The position numbers and the translations under genes are program-made. A stretch of DNA of 28,454 nucleotides from an uncultured Flavobacteriaceae bacterium (GTDB lineage Bacteria > Bacteroidota > Bacteroidia > Flavobacteriales > Flavobacteriaceae): the NCBI GenBank assembly GCA_964591595.1, contig CAZQBE010000001.1, positions 1 to 28,454 on the forward strand, read 5' to 3'. Numbering within the stretch: position 1 is the first letter of the stretch; each line of letters begins with the position of its first letter. Positions 8,737-16,022 of this stretch are shown one piece after another. The notes beneath the pieces were generated by a model. It was not told where the DNA came from. It saw only the letters and a program-made list of their open reading frames with translations, and searched no databases.

Positions 8737-9644
8737 TAATCTTGAATAATTACGTTTTTAGAGTCTTCTTTATTAAACTCAGGTTGTATAGTTATGTGAT
8801 TTATTTGAAATTTCTCGTGTAGTAAAGCTTCTATTTTATTTAAGATTAGATCAAATTCCGAAATACTAACATTCTCTTTTAAATCAAGATGTGCTTCTAA
8901 ATGGAGTTCATCATCATTTAAATACCAAACATGTACATGATGTAATTTATTAACCTTTGGTATTTTATGTACTACTCTTAACATTTCTTTTATATTCACT
9001 TGATCTGGAGTAAATAACATTAATATTTTGGTGGATTTTTTAAGTAAATCGTAACCCACCCAAATTAAATATATAGCTATTAAAAATGTTAATACACTAT
9101 CTACCCAAAACAATTGATAATAACGCATTAATAAACCACCTATCAATACCGCAACACTTGCCATCATGTCTGTAAAAAGATGGAGATATGCTGACTGTAA
9201 ATTAAGGTTATTTTTAGAATCTTTTTTTATTAATAATACACTAAATCCATTAGCAACAATTGCTAATAAAGATAACCAAATAACGATATTGGATTCTATT
9301 TCTTGCGGATTTTGAAACCGTTTAACGGCTTCAATAATTAATAAAACCGCAACTATTACTAGTGTAGAGGCATTAATAAAAGCTGCTAATATCTCCGCTC
9401 TCTTATAACCAAATGTTCTATTAATTGATGCTTTTTTTTTAGAGAGTTTAGACGCTAAAAAACTAATGACTAAAGAAATAACATCGCTAAAATTATGTAA
9501 AGCGTCACTTAATAAAGATAAACTTCCAGAAACAATTCCACCTATAACTTGAGCAACAGTAATTACAATGTTAAGTAGTATAGTGAAAAAAAGTTTTTTA
9601 TCTTTTAAATCGTGGTGGTGGTTATGTGAATGTGAATTATTCAT
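8736..9644 (-). CDS. Cation diffusion facilitator (ZitB/CzcD-like Zn/Co/Cd exporter)
   Basis: His-rich N-terminus, SLLSDALHNFSD, TFGYKRAE, AYLHLFTD, six TM segments, HHVHVW and HITIQPE. Confidence 0.9.
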   Translation of the reverse strand: MNNSHSHNHHHDLKDKKLFFTILLNIVITVAQVIGGIVSGSLSLLSDALHNFSDVISLVISFLASKLSKKKASINRTFGYKRAEILAAFINASTLVIVAVLLIIEAVKRFQNPQEIESNIVIWLSLLAIVANGFSVLLIKKDSKNNLNLQSAYLHLFTDMMASVAVLIGGLLMRYYQLFWVDSVLTFLIAIYLIWVGYDLLKKSTKILMLFTPDQVNIKEMLRVVHKIPKVNKLHHVHVWYLNDDELHLEAHLDLKENVSISEFDLILNKIEALLHEKFQINHITIQPEFNKEDSKNVIIQD

Positions 9645-10079
9645 TTAACAAGAAACAGGAATCTTATCTACTCTATTCTGGTGTCTTCCGCCTTCAAAAG
9701 GCGTATTTAAAAATGTATCCACCATATCTAATGCTTGAGGTAAAGCGGTAAAACGTGCTGGAATACTTAAAATGTTTGCATTATTATGTTGTCTTGCAAG
9801 AGCAACTATTTCGGTTGTCCAACATAACGCTGCTCTTACGTCTTGGTGTTTATTTGCTGTCATAGAAGCTCCATTCCCACTTCCACAAATAATAATTCCT
9901 ATGTCTGATTTATTACTTTCAACATCTTCTGCTACTGGATGAATAAAATCAGGATAATCAACACTATCAGAAGTATCTGTTCCATAATTTGTAACTGTAA
10001 TACCTTTGGATTCTAGAAGTTTAATTATTGCAAATTTATATTCTGTTCCAGCATGATCGTTCCCTATTGAAATTTTCAT
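9645..10079 (-). CDS. rpiB: Ribose 5-phosphate isomerase B
   Basis: GNDHAG, VDYPD, ICGSGNG, ARQHNNAN, FEGGRH.NRV motifs. Confidence 0.95.
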   Translation of the reverse strand: MKISIGNDHAGTEYKFAIIKLLESKGITVTNYGTDTSDSVDYPDFIHPVAEDVESNKSDIGIIICGSGNGASMTANKHQDVRAALCWTTEIVALARQHNNANILSIPARFTALPQALDMVDTFLNTPFEGGRHQNRVDKIPVSC

Positions 10080-10658
10080 TTTTTAAAGATTATTTTAGTG
10101 TTTTCATGGCGATGAAAATCTAATTATTATTAAATTATAAAAGTACAAAATAAGGATTGTAAAAACACAACTGTTAATTACTATATTAATAAACTGTTAA
10201 TATCTAATGGTTATATTTTATAATTATTTTTTGTTATTTTTATAATTTTTATAAGAAAAAATGTCTATTTAAATTCTAAATATTTTTATGTAAAACAATT
10301 ACAATGTTATGAGTTAAAATTATATATATATAAACAATAAAATAAAAAATTATTATTAAAAAAAGCTGTTATCCTAGCTTTATAAAACTTGTTAATATTA
10401 TTAATTAAAAAGCTATCAATAAATACATTATACTATTAATAACTTGTTAATAGTGATATAATAAACAGTAGATAATGTATTTTCAAAGTAATTATATATA
10501 AAGTTATAGTTACTATTAACACACTATAATAAACATCATTTTATTTTAAATTTTAAAAAGATAAATGTTATTATAATATTAAATGTGAATAAACTAGCTT
10601 TTAGGATTTTTAAATTAATATATATAAATTAGTCGTTTGATTTTTAAACCTAAGAAAC
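10080..10658. other. Very AT-rich intergenic region with repeated TGTTAAT-type boxes; candidate replication origin
   Basis: TGTTAAT at 10172, 10195, 10390, 10445; CTATTAACA at 10513; TGTGAATAA at 10584-10592 (TTATTCACA on the minus strand, fits DnaA box TTWTNCACA). No ORF in the track. Confidence 0.4.
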
Positions 10659-11120
10659 ATGAAGAAACTACTACTTATTGTATTTTCATTACCAACATTA
10701 ATATTTTCTAAAATTCAAATAGGACAAAATATTAATGTAGAAGCAGCTCAAGATCAATCAGGATTAGGTGTTTCATTATCTTCAGACGGCACAATAGTTG
10801 CTACTGGTTCTCGCAGCAATGGTGTGAACGGAGCAAATTCAGGTCAAGTACGTGTCTATGATTTAAGTGCATTACTTTCTAGTAATGGTTTTGTGTTGTC
10901 TCAATTTAATATATACCCTAACCCAGTAAAAGAACAGTTTACTATTAAATTAAGTCAAGGATTAGAATTACAAAAAGTAAATATATATAACAGTTTAGGA
11001 CAGCTTATAAGTTCTACAACAAAAAATAGTATTAACACAGTTAATCTGTCTCAGGGACTTTACTTTATAGAAATTGAAACAACAAAAGGAAAAGCAACAA
11101 AAAAGATAATTATAGAATAA
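10659..11120 (+). CDS. Small T9SS (Por secretion) type A CTD protein with a single FG-GAP-like propeller repeat; possibly an internally deleted remnant
   Basis: Signal peptide, one repeat QIGQNINVEAAQDQSGLGVSLSSDGTIVATG..NSGQVRVY, then the CTD IYPNP..IYNSLGQ..GLYFIEI..KKIIIE. Confidence 0.8.
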   Translation: MKKLLLIVFSLPTLIFSKIQIGQNINVEAAQDQSGLGVSLSSDGTIVATGSRSNGVNGANSGQVRVYDLSALLSSNGFVLSQFNIYPNPVKEQFTIKLSQGLELQKVNIYNSLGQLISSTTKNSINTVNLSQGLYFIEIETTKGKATKKIIIE

Positions 11121-11143
11121 ATAGTTATATATAATCATAAATT

Positions 11144-11176
11144 AAAGGCTTACAATTTTGTTGTAAGCCTTTTTTT
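11144..11176 (+). terminator. Rho-independent terminator after the T9SS gene
   Basis: AAAGGCTTACAA-TTTTG-TTGTAAGCCTTT followed by TTTT. Confidence 0.8.
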
Positions 11177-11210
11177 AACACTAAGAAAATGTAATTTAAT
11201 ATTTAAAACG

Positions 11211-11218
11211 TAGCTTTG
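11211..11218 (+). promoter_or_regulatory. -7 promoter element for rnr
   Basis: TAGCTTTG matches TAnnTTTG about 95 bp upstream of the start. Confidence 0.5.
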
Positions 11219-11311
11219 CAATAAACTTAATACGTTGAACTTCTCTTTTATTGAGTTTTAAATAACAAGTTCCTATATATCTTAGGAAAAAAATATGATT
11301 ACAAATATTAA

Positions 11312-13534
11312 ATGACAAGAAAGAAAAAAAGGAAATCAAGTAACAAGATTTCTAACCTAACAAATACTATCTTAAGTATTTTAAAAAAAGAAATCAATAA
11401 ATCTTTTAATTACAAACAAATAGCTGCTAAACTTGGTGTAAACGATGCTAGTAGTAGAAATCAAATTATAAAAACCTTACAGCGTTTAAAAGCAAAGCAA
11501 GAGATTGAAGAAGTAGATAGAGGAAAATTTAAAGCTATTACATCATTAGAGTATTATACTGGAATTCTAGATATTTCAGCAAGAGGGTCTGGTTATGTAA
11601 TTAGTGAAGATTTTGAGGATGATATTTATATTGCTTCAAATAATATTAACAAAGCTTTAAATGGCGATGAGGTAGAACTCTATGTATATAAAAGGCGTAA
11701 ACGGGGAAAATTAGAAGGTGAAATAACCAAAGTAATTAAACGTGCTAAAACAGAGTATGTAGGTGTTATTCAAATACACAAAAACTATGCATTTTTAATT
11801 GCTGATAACACTAAAATGTATACCGATATTTTTATCCCTATCAATAAAATTAACAAAGCGGAAGATGGCGATAAAGTACTAGTAAAGTTTGAAGACTGGC
11901 CAGAAAAAGCAGATTCTCCTTATGGTAAAGTTATTAAAGTATTAGGAAAACCAGGAGAACACGATACAGAGATTCATTCCATTTTAGCTGAGTACGGCTT
12001 ACCTTATGAATTTTCTCAAGAAGTAGAAGAATACGCTAATAAAATAGACACTTCTATTAATACAGCCGAAATAAAAAAGCGACGTGACATGAGAAAGGTT
12101 TTAACCTTTACCATAGACCCTAAAGACGCTAAAGATTTTGATGATGCTTTATCTTTTCAAGTATTGAAAAACGGAAATTATGAAATAGGCATCCATATAG
12201 CAGATGTTTCACATTATTTACAAGAAGGCACTATTTTGGACGATGAGGCTTACGAGCGAGCAACATCTGTATATTTAGTAGATAGAGTCGTACCAATGCT
12301 TCCTGAAGTATTATCAAATAATGCGTGTTCTTTACGACCAAAAGAAGAAAAATTCACCTTTTCTGCAGTGTTTGAAATTAATGATAAAGCACAAATTAAA
12401 AACCAATGGTTTGGTCGTACAGTAACCTATAGCGATGCCCGTTTTGCTTACGAAGAAGCTCAGGAAATTATAGAAAAAAATGTCACGTTGAGCGAAGTCG
12501 AAACGTCTCAATTAAATACAACAATCCCTAAAGAAATTTCGATTACTGGAAAACAATACAATACAACTCTAGAAATTGCTCAAGCGGTTTTAAAATTAAA
12601 TCAACTTGCAAAAATTATGCGTAAACAGCGTATGCAATCAGGGGCAATATCGTTTGATAAGGTTGAAGTAAAATTTAATTTAGACGAGAATAGCAATCCA
12701 ATTAGTGTATTCTTTAAAACAAGTAAAGATGCCAATAAATTAATTGAAGAATTTATGCTTCTAGCAAACAAAAAAGTCGCAGAATTTATTGGAAAACAAA
12801 GTTCTAAGAAAACATTCGTGTATCGTGTTCATGATGAGCCAAATGACCAGAAACTCGCTGCTTTACAAAATATAGTGAATAAGTTTGGTTATAAACTCAA
12901 TTTTAAAGACCGAAAAAGCACAACCAGTTCTTTAAATAATTTATTAAAAGAAGTTAATGGTAAAAAAGAGCAAAATTTAGTAGACACCCTTACTATACGC
13001 ACCATGAGCAAGGCGGAATATACAACACATAATATAGGACATTATGGTCTAGCGTTTGATTATTATACACATTTTACATCACCAATACGGAGGTATCCAG
13101 ATGTAATGGTACATCGCTTATTACAATATTATTTAGACGGCAATAAGTCGGTTAATGAAGATGTTTTTGAAGAAAAATGCACACACTCGTCAAATATGGA
13201 AAACCTAGCCACAAAAGCCGAACGAGATTCTATAAAATACATGCAAGTTAAGTTTATGCAAGATCATAAGGACCAGGAATTCGCTGGTGTAATATCAGGT
13301 GTTACAGATTGGGGAATTTATGTGGAAATTATAGAAAATAAATGTGAAGGCATGGTACGTATTCGAGATATTAAAGACGACTATTATCGCTTTGATCAAG
13401 ACGAATATGCCCTAGTAGGAGAAGCTACAAAGAATACATATCAATTAGGAGATGAAGTGATTGTTAAAGTAAAACAAGCCGATTTAGTAAGAAAACATCT
13501 AGATTTTACGTTAATAGGTAAGAATGAGGCATAG
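11312..13534 (+). CDS. rnr: Ribonuclease R
   Basis: N-terminal HTH and cold-shock domains, TIDPKDAKDFDDA catalytic motif, VHIAD-like GIHIADV, HFTSPIRRYPD, C-terminal S1 domain. Confidence 0.95.
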   Translation: MTRKKKRKSSNKISNLTNTILSILKKEINKSFNYKQIAAKLGVNDASSRNQIIKTLQRLKAKQEIEEVDRGKFKAITSLEYYTGILDISARGSGYVISEDFEDDIYIASNNINKALNGDEVELYVYKRRKRGKLEGEITKVIKRAKTEYVGVIQIHKNYAFLIADNTKMYTDIFIPINKINKAEDGDKVLVKFEDWPEKADSPYGKVIKVLGKPGEHDTEIHSILAEYGLPYEFSQEVEEYANKIDTSINTAEIKKRRDMRKVLTFTIDPKDAKDFDDALSFQVLKNGNYEIGIHIADVSHYLQEGTILDDEAYERATSVYLVDRVVPMLPEVLSNNACSLRPKEEKFTFSAVFEINDKAQIKNQWFGRTVTYSDARFAYEEAQEIIEKNVTLSEVETSQLNTTIPKEISITGKQYNTTLEIAQAVLKLNQLAKIMRKQRMQSGAISFDKVEVKFNLDENSNPISVFFKTSKDANKLIEEFMLLANKKVAEFIGKQSSKKTFVYRVHDEPNDQKLAALQNIVNKFGYKLNFKDRKSTTSSLNNLLKEVNGKKEQNLVDTLTIRTMSKAEYTTHNIGHYGLAFDYYTHFTSPIRRYPDVMVHRLLQYYLDGNKSVNEDVFEEKCTHSSNMENLATKAERDSIKYMQVKFMQDHKDQEFAGVISGVTDWGIYVEIIENKCEGMVRIRDIKDDYYRFDQDEYALVGEATKNTYQLGDEVIVKVKQADLVRKHLDFTLIGKNEA
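12482..12505 (+). repeat. GTCA-tagged REP-like palindromic unit inserted in frame in rnr (encodes VTLSEVET)
   Basis: GTCA-CGTT-GAGCGAAGTCGA-AACG, with CGTT/AACG pairing. Matches the GTCAnnnTGAGCGnAGTCGAAnnn repeat I recall from Bacteroidota; exactly 8 codons. Confidence 0.7.
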
Positions 13535-13572
13535 TTCTTGTTATTTGCATATAAAATTATAAAACAAAAAAA

Positions 13573-14250
13573 ATGAAAAACACGCTAACATTATTCGCTA
13601 TTCTATTAGCATCGGTTGTAACGGGACAAAATACTATTGAGAAGACAATAGGAGAATTTCAAAAATTAAAAGTGTATGATTTAATAGAAGTGCAATTGGT
13701 TAAATCAAAAGAAAACAAAGTAGTTATTTCTGGTCATAATGCCGACGATGTTGTTGTTATTAATAAAAACGGAAAGCTAAAAATTAGAATGAAACTTGAA
13801 GAAAGTTTTGATGGCAAAAACACAACAGTAACACTGTATTATACAAATATAGACGTTTTAGATGCTAACGAAGGCGCAATTATTACATCTAAAAACAAGA
13901 TAAAACAATTTGAAATAGAACTTAAAGCACAGGAAGGCGCCAAAATAAATGTTAATTTAAAGGTTCAAATTGCTAGTATAAAATCTGTTTCCGGAGGTAT
14001 TATTGAAACTGCTGGAAAAGCTTTAAAGCAAGAGATATCAATAAATACAGGAGGTGTTTATAATGGAAAAGAGCTTAAAACAGAAACAACGAAAGTTTTA
14101 ATCAATGCAGCAGGAGAAGCAGATGTTAATGCTTCAGAGTTGGTAGATGTTAGAATTAGAGCAGGAGGAGATGTATATATTTATGGCAACCCAAAAACAG
14201 TTAACAAGAGTCGAGTAATTGGAGGTAGAATAAAGCACATGAACCAATAA
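13573..14250 (+). CDS. Head GIN domain (DUF2807-like) beta-helix protein
   Basis: Signal peptide; repeated ~19-aa beta-solenoid units (LDANEGAII / LKAQEGAKI / IKSVSGGII / INAAGEA); ends in GG.VYIYGNP. Confidence 0.75.
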   Translation: MKNTLTLFAILLASVVTGQNTIEKTIGEFQKLKVYDLIEVQLVKSKENKVVISGHNADDVVVINKNGKLKIRMKLEESFDGKNTTVTLYYTNIDVLDANEGAIITSKNKIKQFEIELKAQEGAKINVNLKVQIASIKSVSGGIIETAGKALKQEISINTGGVYNGKELKTETTKVLINAAGEADVNASELVDVRIRAGGDVYIYGNPKTVNKSRVIGGRIKHMNQ

Positions 14251-14292
14251 AAGATAGAAGTTAATAATTATAAGAAGTTATACTACATTTAC

Positions 14293-14300
14293 TATATTTG
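14293..14300 (+). promoter_or_regulatory. -7 promoter element for the LysE gene
   Basis: TATATTTG matches TAnnTTTG. Confidence 0.55.
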
Positions 14301-14314
14301 TTTGACTTCATTTT

Positions 14315-14342
14315 AATGCTGAATATTATATTCAGCATTTTT
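14315..14342. promoter_or_regulatory. Perfect 12-bp inverted repeat followed by a T run (terminator, attenuator or operator)
   Basis: AATGCTGAATAT-T-ATATTCAGCATT then TTT, between the promoter motif and the LysE start. Confidence 0.5.
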
Positions 14343-14353
14343 ATTAAAGAACA

Positions 14354-15025
14354 ATGATAGAAGACATTCAAACAGCAATTCCTTTAGGTTTTTTTTTAGC
14401 CTTTATGATTGGCCCTGTTTTTTTTGTACTTCTTGAAACAAGTGTTACTAAAGGGTTTAGAGCGGCAGTTGCGTTTGATTTAGGTGTTATTATAGCAGAT
14501 ATTTTTTTTATTGGAATAGCATATTTCAGTAGTTACCAACTCTTAGAAAACTTAAGCAATCAACCAGGATTGTTTGTGTTTGGGGGCATGATAATAACCA
14601 TTTATGGGATTATTATTTTTCTTAAAAAACCAAAGAAAACCACAACAGAAGCAAGCGAAATACAATTTCCTAAAAACAATTATTTAGGATTATTCATAAA
14701 AGGATTTCTTCTTAATTTTATAAATATAGGAGTTTTAGTATTTTGGTTAGGTGTTATTATTATTACTGGTCCAAGTTTAGAAAATGATACCAACAGGTTC
14801 TTAGTGTTTTTTGGAACGATGATTTCAGCATATTTCTTAACCGATTTACTTAAGATACTGCTTGCGAAACAATTAAAAAGAAAACTAACACCAAATCGTA
14901 TTTTAAAAGTAAAGAAGCTGTTGGGTTTAATATTAATTATTTGTGGGTTTGTACTCATAGTAAAAGGGTTCTTACCTAAGGACAAACTAAACCCACAAGA
15001 GTTTATAGAAGAAATTAGCGAATAA
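14354..15025 (+). CDS. LysE/RhtB family amino-acid exporter
   Basis: FMIGPVFFVLLETS..GFRAA..G...AD; GFLLNFINIG..FW; six hydrophobic segments. Confidence 0.85.
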   Translation: MIEDIQTAIPLGFFLAFMIGPVFFVLLETSVTKGFRAAVAFDLGVIIADIFFIGIAYFSSYQLLENLSNQPGLFVFGGMIITIYGIIIFLKKPKKTTTEASEIQFPKNNYLGLFIKGFLLNFINIGVLVFWLGVIIITGPSLENDTNRFLVFFGTMISAYFLTDLLKILLAKQLKRKLTPNRILKVKKLLGLILIICGFVLIVKGFLPKDKLNPQEFIEEISE

Positions 15026-15054
15026 AAAAGAGACACATATTTGTGTCTCTTTTT
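15025..15054. terminator. Bidirectional terminator between LysE and tRNA-Cys
   Basis: AAAAAGAGACACA-TATT-TGTGTCTCTTTTT (13-bp arms, with A and T runs on either side). Confidence 0.85.
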
Positions 15055-15059
15055 GGTTG

Positions 15060-15130
15060 AGGCGTCTAGCGGATTCGAACCGCTGTACAAGGTTTTGCAG
15101 ACCTCTGCCTAGCCACTCGGCCAAGACGCC
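15060..15130 (-). tRNA. tRNA-Cys (GCA)
   Basis: Minus strand reads GGCGTCTTGGCCGAGTGGCTAGGCAGAGGTCTGCAAAACCTTGTACAGCGGTTCGAATCCGCTAGACGCCT: 7-bp acceptor stem, anticodon loop CTGCAAA, GGTTCGAATCC T arm, discriminator U. CCA is not encoded (TCAA follows). Confidence 0.96.
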
Positions 15131-15145
15131 CTTTTTAATGGACAG

Positions 15146-15153
15146 CAAATGTA
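15146..15153 (-). promoter_or_regulatory. -7 promoter element for tRNA-Cys
   Basis: Minus strand TACATTTG, 16 bp before the tRNA 5' end. Confidence 0.6.
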
Positions 15154-15180
15154 AAAAAAATTAAGTGTTTACCCTACACA

Positions 15181-15546
15181 CTATTGATTTTTTCGTTTTT
15201 CTGTTATTTTAATAGTTACCCTTTCCACATCACCACCTATTGGAGGATTTAACTTAGATATTGCCACAGTTACCTTATTTACTAACAAACTTTCTTTTAA
15301 TATACGATTTATAATTCGATTACAGACGGTTTCAAGAAGTTTTGAAGCTATACCCATTTCCTCTTTTACAATAAGATTAAGCAATACATAATCTACAGTG
15401 TCGTTTAAATCATCTGAAGCGCTAGAAGCCATTAAATCCGCTTTTACGGCAACATCAATGCGGTAATCACTACCAATTATCGTTTCTTGGTCTAAACACC
15501 CATGATGGGCGTACACTCTAATATTATCAACTTTTATTACCCCCAT
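15181..15546 (-). CDS. folB: Dihydroneopterin aldolase
   Basis: YAHHGCL.QE..IG, DTVDY, SKLLE, KLNPPIGG motifs. Confidence 0.93.
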   Translation of the reverse strand: MGVIKVDNIRVYAHHGCLDQETIIGSDYRIDVAVKADLMASSASDDLNDTVDYVLLNLIVKEEMGIASKLLETVCNRIINRILKESLLVNKVTVAISKLNPPIGGDVERVTIKITEKRKNQ

Positions 15547-15547
15547 T

Positions 15548-15958
15548 TTAGTTATTAACTTTTTTTATAAATCGATCCAAGTTAAGAGAATCTTTATCAA
15601 ACAACATCATTAAAAACACCAATAAGACACTTCTAATAAATACATGTTGTAGATCCCAAATAGGAGATTGTAGTCCGTGGCCGAAAGCAACAATTAAAAG
15701 CACAAAAGCAAAAAGATAATACACTTGTTTTCTAAACAAACCAATAATTAATAAAAGCCCACCCAGAAACTCCACAATAGATGTAAAATACACAGTAGGT
15801 TTTAAAACAAACTCAGGCAAAAAAGTATCTTCAAAGGGTTTAAAACTGTTATTATAAACCGCGTCAATTCCCCAAGTAAAAACTTTTCCAAAACCCTGCC
15901 AAAAGAAAATAAGACCAAGTAACAGTCTCACAAAAAGAGCAACAATTTGTATTCTCAT
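15548..15958 (-). CDS. DoxX family membrane protein
   Basis: VRLLLGLIFFWQGFGK, VEFLGGLLLIIGLF.R/K, four TM segments. Confidence 0.8.
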   Translation of the reverse strand: MRIQIVALFVRLLLGLIFFWQGFGKVFTWGIDAVYNNSFKPFEDTFLPEFVLKPTVYFTSIVEFLGGLLLIIGLFRKQVYYLFAFVLLIVAFGHGLQSPIWDLQHVFIRSVLLVFLMMLFDKDSLNLDRFIKKVNN

Positions 15959-15997
15959 CTTAATGTTTTTTTGTAAAAATATGAATTAAAAATTATC

Positions 15998-16005
15998 TAG
16001 TTTTG
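15998..16005 (+). promoter_or_regulatory. -7 promoter element for glnS
   Basis: TAGTTTTG matches TAnnTTTG, 17 bp upstream of the ATG. Confidence 0.55.
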
Positions 16006-16022
16006 TATCATAATAATTTATT

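Noticed and set aside
10080-10658. AT-rich gap as a CRISPR array, sRNA or hidden small CDS
   Set aside because: The repeats are only 7-12 bp and irregularly spaced, there are no cas genes, I found no stable GC-containing stems apart from a 7-bp hairpin at 10101-10118, and the track shows no ORF.
15025-15180. tRNA-Cys as a possible integration site
   Set aside because: No integrase and no duplicated tRNA 3' end; a terminator follows immediately.
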